From positions 288,001-352,000 of the forward strand of contig JASGHG010000001.1 of assembly GCA_047602425.1 (NCBI GenBank): a stretch of 64,000 bases of DNA. Direction: 5' to 3'. This document shows, one piece after another, positions 1 to 8,444 of this stretch. This stretch comes from Nibricoccus sp. (GTDB taxonomy: Bacteria; Verrucomicrobiota; Verrucomicrobiia; Opitutales; Opitutaceae). The notes under the pieces are model-generated. The model ran no database searches. It was not told where the DNA came from and saw nothing but the letters and a program-made list of their open reading frames with translations. Numbering within the stretch: position 1 is the first letter of the stretch; every line of letters begins with the position of its first letter. The translations under genes and the position numbers were made by a program.

Positions 1-1
1 T

Positions 2-70
2 GCCGAACGCTACATAGGGGTTAGTGCCATTCGCGTGACGGACATAGGCGTTGGCAGCGACTGGTTCGGC
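2..70 (-). other. attC site 1 (short/degenerate)
   Basis: GCCGAAC...GTTCGGC ends; right part matches attC at 7247 but lacks 3 bp, left arm divergent. Confidence 0.7.
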
Positions 71-80
71 TCCATTGTTT

Positions 81-606
81 TCATTTCTGTGTTCGGAACG
101 GCAAAGCGTCTTCGCTTTTACCAAGACGCTCCAGCTTTTCGACGTAGGAAGGGTAAAGCTTGGCCTTTAGCCATGCGAAGTCCTCTGTCTGAATCAGAGG
201 CAACGTCTGCCGAAGATACGGCAAGCCGCGCTCTGGCTGATCAAGTTCAAGATAGACCATAGCCAATCCGATATTCCTCTTCTGCGTGAGTAATGCCTGC
301 TCTCCACTTACCTTCTTTTCGATCTCCAGCGACTCCAAGAGCAGCGGCTCGGACCTCGGCATACTTCTTCAGTCGAATTTTAGCGTTCGCGAGGTTGAAC
401 AGGCTGCCCGACTTGGCCGCTGGGCCAAGTCGCCCCCAATCGACGTTCTGTGCAGCTCGGGCATATGCGATTTCCGCTTGAACATAGTCGCCACGCTCAA
501 GGGCGAGATCGCCTGCATCAGTGTAGCGTCCGTATGTCGCGTCGTTCAGCTGATTCGCACAGCCGACCAGAAGGATGAGGAACGTGAGTGAGAATAGCTT
601 TTTCAT
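81..606 (-). pseudogene. Cassette: TPR-like lipoprotein, frameshifted near 352-357
   Basis: MKKLFSLTFLILLVGC lipobox and TPR-like helices; removing one G in GAGGTCC fuses ORFs 247-621 and 81-362. Confidence 0.7.
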
Positions 607-615
607 TCTGATTTT

Positions 616-702
616 GCCCAACGTTAAAGATGTGACAACGGCGCGGTGGACATCGCCGAAGGAGTTTGCGTCATAGCCGTTGTCACTAGCGCCTGGTTCG
701 CC
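616..702 (-). other. attC site 2
   Basis: GCCCAAC...GTTCGCC with internal inverted repeats. Confidence 0.9.
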
Positions 703-709
703 TCATTTT

Positions 710-1147
710 TCATAGATTGTCTGACGACCAAGTTTCGGGTGCAGTCTTCTTGGTATTTGTTCGGTGGTGATACTTTCCGTCGTAAAAACAAAACTTAACT
801 TCAGGAAATTCTCCAAACGCCTTCTTATCTTCACTACCGTAGTAAAAGCTAACGCACTTGTATGTCACACCAGCCAGATCACCTGAAGTGAACGTGCTCC
901 ATGTCATCTTGATCGAGTCCAGCTGTGGGTAATTTATGCCGGCCAAATCTTCTTTCTTCACTTCAACCAGGCCGGCCTCAGTTCGTAAGGCCAGCGACAA
1001 CAACGCCACACGCTCTTTTGTGAGCACTACAGTGCCGCCATCTTCAAACGTGAGCTCCGCGCGCGATACTTTACCGAGTCGATCCCGATGCGCAAATGCG
1101 CTAGCTGCAAAACAGAGTGTGAAAACGATGAGAAATAATTTCTTCAT
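710..1147 (-). CDS. Cassette: secreted hypothetical protein
   Basis: Signal peptide MKKLFLIVFTLCFAASAFA; fills space between attC sites. Confidence 0.8.
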   Translation of the reverse strand: MKKLFLIVFTLCFAASAFAHRDRLGKVSRAELTFEDGGTVVLTKERVALLSLALRTEAGLVEVKKEDLAGINYPQLDSIKMTWSTFTSGDLAGVTYKCVSFYYGSEDKKAFGEFPEVKFCFYDGKYHHRTNTKKTAPETWSSDNL

Positions 1148-1333
1148 GGCGAACGTTCTCTGGTCAGCCACGCCGTACCAGCGGGCAGAGATTAAAAGGA
1201 CGGACGTCATCATAGGCGTTGCGCTGTATGCTACTAATAGGCGGATGAGATAACATAAGGAAGCGGCCCCGGCATGGACTGGACGGAGACAAGCACGTAA
1301 CCGGCACTCCTTAGCCGGAGCCGCAATCTAACA

Positions 1334-2599
1334 ATGATAACGAACAAAGCACTTAATGGCAGAACGCACTCCGGGCAACCGGAAACTCGCTGGGATATCG
1401 CCGTCGACGTTGGGCAAAAAGCACTGGACTGGTACGGTGAACTCGGGGCACAGGCGCACCAAGGCCATATCGCCAATCGCAATGAGGCCATCCTCTCATG
1501 GCTGGAACAACTCAACACCCACGCCCGCCAGCACGGCCTTGGCGGCGTGCGCATCCTCTGCGAACCCACCGGCGGATACGAACGGCGCCTGCTGCGCGCG
1601 GCCCGCCAACTCGGCGGCGCCACCGCTCTGGTCAATGGCGAAGCCGTCCACCAGATGCAAGTGGTCGAGAACAACGATACCGGCAAAAGCGACATCAAAG
1701 ATCCCCGCACGATTTTACTATTGGCCAAGTGGAACAAAACCCTGACCGATCGTCCCCTCCAAGGCGAGTGGCTGCTCCTGCGCGAACTCAACGCCCGCTA
1801 CGACCGGCTCGAACGCGACTCCACCCGCTGTAAAAACAGGATTCATAAACTGCTCCTCTCGCTCTTCCCCGAATTGAGCTTTAAAAACGACTGGCTCTTC
1901 GAAGGCCGCGCCGCCCAAGCCACGATCGCACTCTACGGCCTGAACGCCGCCGCGATCCTCGCCGACGGCCTGGAACGCTGCACCGCCAAACTGCGCAACC
2001 ACCACGTTGGCCCAAAGACCATCCAGCGACTCTTTGCCGATGCCCAGCGCTGCGCCCTGATCGACTCCGACCCCGACTGGCTGGCCCTGCTCGCCGAGGA
2101 CCTGCGCGCCCTCTTTGCCGAACTCACCGTGCTGCGCACCCGCCGAACCAACACCCGCCAGCAAATGATCGCCCTGGTCGAACGCCTGCGCGCCCGCGGC
2201 GCCACCCGCCTGCAAGCCCATCCCGACCTGATCAGCCCCTTCATGCTCGCCCGTGTCCTCGCCGAGACCGGACCGCTCCGGGACTTTGCCCACGTGCGCC
2301 AACTCTGGCGCTACGGCGGACTGAACCTGCGGCCCCGCCAAAGCGGCACGATGCAAGGCCAGCTCCGCCAAGCCAAACGCGGCCGCGCCCGCCTGCGCCA
2401 CGTCCTCGCCCAAGCCGTCCTCAAACGCGTCGTGCACGGACAACTCTACGGGCAATACTACCACGCCAAACGCGACACCGGCATGTGCGGCGGCAAAGCC
2501 ATGACCGCGGTCGCCCGCAAGTTCCTCAAACTGCTCCACGGCCTTGAACGCTCGCCCCAACCCTTCGACCCGAAGCGCGTTTTCCGCTCCGCCGCCTAA
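1334..2599 (+). CDS. IS110-family DEDD transposase/recombinase
   Basis: AVDVG, CEPTG, KSDIKD (D-E-D-D) RuvC-like motifs and C-terminal RQSG serine, AMTAVARK motif. Confidence 0.93.
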   Translation: MITNKALNGRTHSGQPETRWDIAVDVGQKALDWYGELGAQAHQGHIANRNEAILSWLEQLNTHARQHGLGGVRILCEPTGGYERRLLRAARQLGGATALVNGEAVHQMQVVENNDTGKSDIKDPRTILLLAKWNKTLTDRPLQGEWLLLRELNARYDRLERDSTRCKNRIHKLLLSLFPELSFKNDWLFEGRAAQATIALYGLNAAAILADGLERCTAKLRNHHVGPKTIQRLFADAQRCALIDSDPDWLALLAEDLRALFAELTVLRTRRTNTRQQMIALVERLRARGATRLQAHPDLISPFMLARVLAETGPLRDFAHVRQLWRYGGLNLRPRQSGTMQGQLRQAKRGRARLRHVLAQAVLKRVVHGQLYGQYYHAKRDTGMCGGKAMTAVARKFLKLLHGLERSPQPFDPKRVFRSAA

Positions 2600-2808
2600 A
2601 CCACTTCCTTGATCTATTTTAGCCGACATTAACTTTTGCTTTTCCGGGAAACCCGCCGCTCGAGGGCCACCAGCCGTTCCGCACAGCCTCGCTGATGCTC
2701 AACTGTATGTTTTAAAGCCCCGACGGCGGGCCTCCCGGTCCTACCGCCCTTTAAGTATCTGGGCTTGCCCCGGAAGGACGGACAAAGATTTGAGGTGGGT
2801 TGTTATGG

Positions 2809-3651
2809 TTAGTGGTGGAGGGATTCGTAGTCGAGCGGGGAGAGGTAACCGAGGGAGCTGTGGAGGCGCTCGCGGTTGTAGAAGCAAATATAGTCGTGCA
2901 GATGGGCGCGCGCTTCTGCGCGGGTGGCGAAGGTGCGTGGATAAACGCATTCGAGTTTGAGGGTGCTCCAGGCCGATTCCATGGCGGCATTATCGTAGCA
3001 GTTGCCGCGGCGGCTCATGCTGGGGATCGCGCCCATCGCGTGAAGCTTCTGGCGGTACGCCTCGCTGGCATACTGGCAGCCGCGGTCGGTGTGGATGATC
3101 AACCCGGCTTTGGGCTGGCGCGAACGGCGCGCCATTTCCAAGGCCGACAGGACCAGTGGCGTGTCGATTTTTTCACTCATGGCCCAGCCGACCAGCCGGC
3201 GGCTGCATGCATCTTTGAAGGCGCATAAATACAGCCAGCCTTCGCCGGTTCCGATGTAGGTCAGATCGCTCCGCCAAACGTGATCGAGCGCGGTGACCGC
3301 AGGCTTTCCCAAGAGGAGATTCGGGGCGATCGGACCGGGATGGTTGCTGTCGGTGGTTTTGACTTTGTACCGCCGGCGGGGCCGGGCGCTTTGGCGTTGT
3401 TGTTTCATCAGCCGGGCGATGCGTTTGCGGCTGGGTGTGGGCTGGCCCGGGCATCGCAAGACTTGCTGGATACGCGGCGCTCCGTAGGTGCCCCGGCTCC
3501 GCAGGTACGCGGCGGTGATTTTCGGGGATAGTTCCGCATCCGCCAATGTTCGCGGACCCGGATGAGTCTGCCGGTGGCAATACGCGTGGTACCCGCTGGT
3601 GCTCACGCCAAAGGCCGCGCACAGATCGGCGATCGTGTGGTGGGTCTTCAT
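2809..3651 (-). CDS. IS3 transposase OrfB (DDE integrase core)
   Basis: WRSDLTY, HTDRGCQY, DNAAMES motifs; joined to OrfA by -1 frameshift at A8 run (3704-3711). Confidence 0.92.
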   Translation of the reverse strand: MKTHHTIADLCAAFGVSTSGYHAYCHRQTHPGPRTLADAELSPKITAAYLRSRGTYGAPRIQQVLRCPGQPTPSRKRIARLMKQQRQSARPRRRYKVKTTDSNHPGPIAPNLLLGKPAVTALDHVWRSDLTYIGTGEGWLYLCAFKDACSRRLVGWAMSEKIDTPLVLSALEMARRSRQPKAGLIIHTDRGCQYASEAYRQKLHAMGAIPSMSRRGNCYDNAAMESAWSTLKLECVYPRTFATRAEARAHLHDYICFYNRERLHSSLGYLSPLDYESLHH

Positions 3652-3656
3652 CGCAG

Positions 3657-4007
3657 TTATCCTTTCGTACCGCTCGGCGGGGGTTCGGAGAGGATGCCCA
3701 AGGTTTTTTTTAATATGTCGCGCTGGGTGCGCAGGCGCTCGTTCTCCTGACGGAGCGCTCGCAACTCCGCTTGCAACGAACCGATGTCGGCCGGCGTTTG
3801 CGCGCCGCCCCCATGGGGGCGTTCCTCCGTGCGGATCCACGCATACAGGGTCGTCTCGTGGACCCCGATCTTCGGCGCATACTTCGGCACGCTTTCCCCG
3901 CTCAGCCGCCACGCCGCCACGCTGTCGCGGCGAAACGCCTCGTCATACTCAGGCACGTATTTGCGGGGCGGCGGGGCCGCCTCGTTCTTGGTCTCGGGTT
4001 TGTTCAT
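3657..4007 (-). CDS. IS3 transposase OrfA (HTH plus leucine zipper)
   Basis: YDEAFRRDSV...IGVHETTLYAW HTH, ELRALRQENERLRTQRDILKK zipper. Confidence 0.9.
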   Translation of the reverse strand: MNKPETKNEAAPPPRKYVPEYDEAFRRDSVAAWRLSGESVPKYAPKIGVHETTLYAWIRTEERPHGGGAQTPADIGSLQAELRALRQENERLRTQRDILKKTLGILSEPPPSGTKG

Positions 4008-4310
4008 GGACTTATTCTTTCTTCGTAGGCCCTCTTCTTTGTCCACGTTTTCGGGGTAAGCTTAATCGTCCGGGCCAGCCCGCAAAAGCTGGACCAACTC
4101 ATGGGGATCGTCGCGGAGGACCGGGCTCCTGGCCAAAGCGCCAAAACCATATCCATCTCATGTAACCAAAATACCTGCTACATCCTACCCCCGGGGCTCG
4201 TCCTCCGACGAGCTGGAGGCCCATTCTCGGACTCGCCCCTCTCCCCCCTGACTGCAAAATCAAACTTACCCCTTGATTTTACCTAAAGGGGAGCGCCTGG
4301 TTCGGCTCTT

Positions 4311-4685
4311 TCATGCTTTGATTTCTTCAGGCATAGATTTCTTACCAATACGGTGAGCCGCTATCCAAAAAGGAATCATAACAGGCAAAGACCAGATCCC
4401 GATAACGAAGAAGAGAATGCCGCTTTGAGCATCGGGATGCCAATAGAACCCGTCGAGATAGATGAAAAGAAACCAAACAGCGTAAAGGGATGTGCTCAGT
4501 GCGATCACTCTTTGTACCTTCCGGGCTTCTTTCCATCGCAAAGCAATCTGTAGAGAATAAACAAGGGGGCCTAACGCAAAGGGCACTGCCAACAGACCGG
4601 CATAAAAGGGCTCTGCCACGACGCAGAGTACTAGCGCGCCCAAGGCCAGAAAGAGTGCCGTCGTGCTAACGCCGATATTCTTCAT
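4311..4685 (-). CDS. Cassette: small multi-pass membrane protein
   Basis: Four hydrophobic segments; between attC sites. Confidence 0.8.
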   Translation of the reverse strand: MKNIGVSTTALFLALGALVLCVVAEPFYAGLLAVPFALGPLVYSLQIALRWKEARKVQRVIALSTSLYAVWFLFIYLDGFYWHPDAQSGILFFVIGIWSLPVMIPFWIAAHRIGKKSMPEEIKA

Positions 4686-4691
4686 ATCTTT

Positions 4692-4790
4692 GCCGAACGT
4701 TAAAGGTGAGCCACGCCTGTGCTCGGCGCGACAGCTGCCACGCAGCTGGCGTGACGAGCATAGGCGTTGTGCTCTAGCGCCTGGTTCGGC
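4692..4790 (-). other. attC site 4
   Basis: GCCGAAC...GTTCGGC, conserved array family. Confidence 0.92.
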
Positions 4791-4793
4791 TCT

Positions 4794-5099
4794 TTAGATT
4801 CTACGAGGATCAACATATTTAGCTCCCTGCTGCTTCAAGAGCCGCCAAAGCTTCCGGACAAGTCTGCCATCCGAGATCCAGAACACGAAAAAGCTAAAGA
4901 AACCTCGGTGCGGAAAAAGAACGATGAAATGAACTTCTGCATCACCGTCCTCCGTATAGTCGCAAACCTGAGCTCGTGCGGCACCAGACTGAACCAGTAA
5001 CGACCGACCAGACTGCTCGACGCTATAACCAGCGGTGCGAAGGCACACTTCAATCGCCTCGAACTTCTGACTGGGAAACGTGTAAATCGGGAAGGCCAT
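4794..5099 (-). CDS. Cassette: hypothetical protein
   Basis: ATG just after core site, stop just before attC. Confidence 0.75.
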   Translation of the reverse strand: MAFPIYTFPSQKFEAIEVCLRTAGYSVEQSGRSLLVQSGAARAQVCDYTEDGDAEVHFIVLFPHRGFFSFFVFWISDGRLVRKLWRLLKQQGAKYVDPRRI

Positions 5100-5287
5100 A
5101 CTTTTGCCTAACGATCTCTGGTCAGCCATGCCGAGCTGGCGACTCCAAACTCAAAGCGAACCCCGTCGAGGCATTGCGCTGTATGCTACTAATAGGCGGA
5201 TGAGGTAACATAAGGGGCGGCCCCGGCACGGACTAGACGGTGACAAGCACGTAACCGGCACTCCTTAGCCGGAGCCGCAATCTAACA

Positions 5288-6553
5288 ATGATAACGAACA
5301 AAGCACTTAATGGCAGAACGCACTCCGGGCAACCGGAAACTCGCTGGGATATCGCCGTCGACGTCGGGCAAAAAGCACTGGACTGGTACGGTGAACTCGG
5401 GGCCCAGGCGCACCAAGGCCATATCGCCAATCGCAATGAGGCCATCCTCTCATGGCTGGAACAACTCAACACCCACGCCCGCCAGCACGGCCTTGGCGGC
5501 GTGCGCATCCTCTGCGAACCCACCGGCGGATACGAACGGCGCCTGCTGCGCGCGGCCCGCCAACTCGGCTGCGCCACCGCTCTGGTCAACGGCGAAGCCG
5601 TCCACCAGATGCAAGTGGTCGAGAACAACGATACCGGCAAAAGCGACATCAAAGATCCCCGCACGATTTTACTATTGGCCAAGTGGAACAAAACCCTGAC
5701 CGATCGTCCCCTCCAAGGCGAGTGGCTGCTCCTGCGCGAACTCAACGCCCGCTACGACCGGCTCGAACGCGACTCCACCCGCTGTAAAAACAGGATTCAT
5801 AAACTGCTCCTCTCGCTCTTCCCCGAATTGAGCTTTAAAAACGACTGGCTCTTCGAAGGCCGCGCCGCCCAAGCCACGATCGCACTCTACGGCCTGAACG
5901 CCGCCGCGATCCTCGCCGACGGCCTGGAACGCTGCACCGCCAAACTGCGCAACCACCACGTTGGCCCAAAGACCATCCAGCGACTCTTTGCCGATGCCCA
6001 GCGCTGCGCCCTGATCGACTCCGACCCCGACTGGCTGGCCCTGCTCGCCGAGGACCTGCGCGCCCTCTTTGCCGAACTCACCGTGCTGCGCACCCGCCGA
6101 ACCAACACCCGCCAGCAAATGATCGCCCTGGTCGAACGCCTGCGCGCCCGCGGCGCCACCCGCCTGCAAGCCCATCCCGACCTGATCAGCCCCTTCATGC
6201 TCGCCCGTGTCCTCGCCGAGACCGGACCGCTCCGGGACTTTGCCCACGTGCGCCAACTCTGGCGCTACGGCGGGCTCAACCTGCGGCCCCGCCAAAGCGG
6301 CACCATGCAAGGCCAGCTCCGCCAAGCCAAACGCGGCCGCGCCCGCCTGCGCCACGTCCTCGCCCAAGCCGTCCTCAAACGCGTCGTGCACGGACAACTC
6401 TACGGGCAATACTACCACGCCAAACGCGACACCGGCATGTGCGGCGGCAAAGCCATGACCGCGGTCGCCCGCAAGTTCCTCAAACTGCTCCACGGCCTTG
6501 AACGCTCGCCCCAACCCTTCGACCCGAAGCGCGTTTTCCGCTCCGCCGCCTAA
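5288..6553 (+). CDS. IS110-family DEDD transposase/recombinase
   Basis: Near-identical to 1334-2599 (one G/C amino-acid difference seen). Confidence 0.93.
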   Translation: MITNKALNGRTHSGQPETRWDIAVDVGQKALDWYGELGAQAHQGHIANRNEAILSWLEQLNTHARQHGLGGVRILCEPTGGYERRLLRAARQLGCATALVNGEAVHQMQVVENNDTGKSDIKDPRTILLLAKWNKTLTDRPLQGEWLLLRELNARYDRLERDSTRCKNRIHKLLLSLFPELSFKNDWLFEGRAAQATIALYGLNAAAILADGLERCTAKLRNHHVGPKTIQRLFADAQRCALIDSDPDWLALLAEDLRALFAELTVLRTRRTNTRQQMIALVERLRARGATRLQAHPDLISPFMLARVLAETGPLRDFAHVRQLWRYGGLNLRPRQSGTMQGQLRQAKRGRARLRHVLAQAVLKRVVHGQLYGQYYHAKRDTGMCGGKAMTAVARKFLKLLHGLERSPQPFDPKRVFRSAA

Positions 6554-6597
6554 ACCACTTCCTTGATCTATTTTAGCCGACATTAACTTTTGCTTTT

Positions 6598-6880
6598 CCG
6601 GGAAACCCGCCGCTCGAGGGCCACCAGCCGTTCCGCACAGCCTCGCTGATGCTCAACTGTATGTTTTAAAGCCCCGACGGCGGGCCTCCCGGTCTTACCG
6701 CCCTTTAAGTATCGTCCGGGCCAGCCCGCAAAAGCTGGACCAACTCATGGGGATCGTCGCGGAGGACCGGGCTCCTGGTTAAAGCGCCAAAACCATATCC
6801 ATCTCATGTAACCAAAACCACCTGCTACATCCTGCCCCCGGGGCTCGTCCTCCGACGAGCTGGAGGCCCATTCTCGGACT
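6598..6880 (+). ncRNA. Predicted bridge RNA/seekRNA in IS right end (also at about 13301-13583, and split in copy 1)
   Basis: Manually paired stems CCGGGA/TCCCGG, CCCGCCG/CGGCGGG, GGGC/GCCC enclosing an internal loop with target-matching strands; second multi-stem domain 6714-6879; boundaries approximate. Confidence 0.7.
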
Positions 6881-6947
6881 CGCCCCTCTCCCCCCTGACT
6901 GCAAAATCAAACTTACCCCTTGATTTTACCTAAAGGGGAGCGCCTGG

Positions 6948-7235
6948 TTAGGCTTCTTCTTTATTCTTATTCGCCTCCTGCTCGGTTTTAGAATCGCTAC
7001 AATGATTCAAGCCGCGCCCATCGATCATCATTTTCACACCTGCTACGCAAAAGATAGCAGCAACTATTAACGGGTGCCAACCTATGGTGTTATATGTCAA
7101 CCATGCTAAATCACGGCTAGGTCCAGAATACCATTTTGTGAACGTAGACATGCCTTCAACCATCGCAAAGAAATGAACCGCATAGAGAAATACTCCCAGC
7201 GATATGAATCCAAAACCGAGCTTCGTTTTATTCAT
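6948..7235 (-). CDS. Cassette: small membrane protein (duplicate of 7825-8112)
   Basis: Identical 95-aa protein; two hydrophobic segments; stop overlaps R'' TAAC. Confidence 0.85.
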   Translation of the reverse strand: MNKTKLGFGFISLGVFLYAVHFFAMVEGMSTFTKWYSGPSRDLAWLTYNTIGWHPLIVAAIFCVAGVKMMIDGRGLNHCSDSKTEQEANKNKEEA

Positions 7236-7246
7236 AGATAATTTTA

Positions 7247-7345
7247 GCCTAACGTTATAGATCTGCCGCGCCTGTGGCCGGCGCGACCGGTGCGTCAGCA
7301 GCGGGCGTGACGGACATAGGCGTTGGCAGTAGCGCCTGGTTGGGC
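7247..7345 (-). other. attC site 6
   Basis: GCCTAAC...GTTGGGC. Confidence 0.92.
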
Positions 7346-7352
7346 TCTTTCT

Positions 7353-7718
7353 TTAGTCCCACCATAGATAGAGAAACCTGCCTTCAATGATGGGCAGCGG
7401 CTCTTTGCTCAAGTCGTAGCCTTCCAGAGTGGCTTCTTCGCGATAGATTGCCGCCAGCTCTTCCGATACACCTGCATCCGACAGCTCGATCACTAGCGAG
7501 TCGGAATAAGGTCCACCTAACTCAACGACCTCTTCTTCGTCTGCGATAATAGCGTCCTGAGGTACAAATACACGCTTCGCGCCAATGGCATACAGATGCT
7601 CAACGAAAGCTGCTGCTTCAGACGTGGACGGGAAACGATTCGATGCGAGCGCAGCTTCGTGGCCGTTCAGGCGCAACCACTCCAGAGCCTCGGGTCCGTC
7701 TTCAAATTGTATCTTCAT
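7353..7718 (-). CDS. Cassette: acidic hypothetical protein ending in LWWD
   Basis: Full cassette-spanning ORF. Confidence 0.8.
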   Translation of the reverse strand: MKIQFEDGPEALEWLRLNGHEAALASNRFPSTSEAAAFVEHLYAIGAKRVFVPQDAIIADEEEVVELGGPYSDSLVIELSDAGVSEELAAIYREEATLEGYDLSKEPLPIIEGRFLYLWWD

Positions 7719-7731
7719 GGGGACGCCTTTT

Positions 7732-7830
7732 GCCCAACGTTAAAGGTGAGCCACGCCTGTGCTCGGCGCGACGGGTGCGCAGCAGCCGGCGTGACGAGCA
7801 TAGGCGTTGTGCTCTAGCGCCTGGTTAGGC
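7732..7830 (-). other. attC site 7
   Basis: GCCCAAC...GTTAGGC. Confidence 0.92.
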
Positions 7831-8112
7831 TTCTTCTTTATTCTTATTCGCCTCCTGCTCGGTTTTAGAATCGCTACAATGATTCAAGCCGCGCCCATCG
7901 ATCATCATTTTCACACCTGCTACGCAAAAGATAGCAGCAACTATTAACGGGTGCCAACCTATGGTGTTATATGTCAACCATGCTAAATCACGGCTAGGTC
8001 CAGAATACCATTTTGTGAACGTAGACATGCCTTCAACCATCGCAAAGAAATGAACCGCATAGAGAAATACTCCCAGCGATATGAATCCAAAACCGAGCTT
8101 CGTTTTATTCAT
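7825..8112 (-). CDS. Cassette: small membrane protein (duplicate of 6948-7235)
   Basis: Identical 95-aa protein. Confidence 0.85.
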   Translation of the reverse strand: MNKTKLGFGFISLGVFLYAVHFFAMVEGMSTFTKWYSGPSRDLAWLTYNTIGWHPLIVAAIFCVAGVKMMIDGRGLNHCSDSKTEQEANKNKEEA

Positions 8113-8123
8113 AGATAATTTTA

Positions 8124-8210
8124 GCCTAACGTCAGAGGCCAGACAACGGCGCCGGCGGGACTGCCGAAGCGGGACGCGTCATAGCCGTTGTCTGTGGCGG
8201 CTGGATATGC
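8124..8210 (-). other. attC site 8 with non-canonical R'' (GCATATC)
   Basis: GCCTAAC...CTGGATATGC; related to attC site 2. Confidence 0.85.
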
Positions 8211-8444
8211 CGCGTTCTCGCAAAATCACCTCCGCATACAAGCTCGGCCGCAACGCGTGCGCACACTCCGAAGTCGTCCGGCGTCGCCTCACTGGCAAAC
8301 CTCCGCACTCTAACCTTTCTTTCTTCGCTCCGCACGCCGGCAGCTCTATCGGCAAGTTCTACCTCCGACAACCTCTCGCCTACTCTAAATTCTTTCGCAC
8401 GCACGCTCATCGTTTGATTTACCAGCATCATCGCAGCTCGATTT
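8211..8444 (-). other. Cassette lacking a convincing ORF (possible non-coding cassette)
   Basis: Bounded by attC sites; the only minus-strand ORF in the track runs into attC and looks unconvincing. Confidence 0.6.

Larger units (their letters stand above)
2760..4064 (-). mobile_element. IS3-family element copy 1 (1305 bp), 3-bp TSD ATC
   Basis: Imperfect terminal IRs TGGGCTTGCCCCGG..GGACAAAGA / TAAGCTTACCCCGA..GGACAAAGA; ATC at 2757-2759 and 4065-4067. Confidence 0.95.
1229..4292 (+). mobile_element. IS110-family (IS1111-like) element copy 1, itself interrupted by an IS3 element
   Basis: Same ends as copies 2 and 3 (TGCTACTAATAGG...CCTAAAGGGGA); 1756 bp after removing IS3 plus its TSD; no TSD beyond a shared A. 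Confidence 0.93.
1148..4306 (-). other. attC site 3, split by IS110 copy 1 (halves 1148-1228 and 4292-4306)
   Basis: Joining halves restores ...GGCGTTGCGCTGTAGCGCCTGGTTCGGC, same length as intact sites. Confidence 0.9.
5184..6939 (+). mobile_element. IS110-family (IS1111-like) element copy 2, intact, 1756 bp
   Basis: Short left end, transposase, about 385 bp non-coding right end. Confidence 0.95.
5106..6953 (-). other. attC site 5, split by IS110 copy 2 (halves 5106-5183 and 6939-6953)
   Basis: Rejoined: ...GGCATTGCGCTGTAGCGCCTGGTTAGGC. Confidence 0.9.

Noticed and set aside
2809..3912. 367-aa single transposase ORF
   Set aside because: Upstream part is the -1 frame overlapping OrfA; the real product is OrfA/OrfAB by frameshift
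5184..6939. Subterminal inverted repeats or TSD for the attC-targeting IS
   Set aside because: No convincing IR between ends by eye; only a single shared A at the junctions
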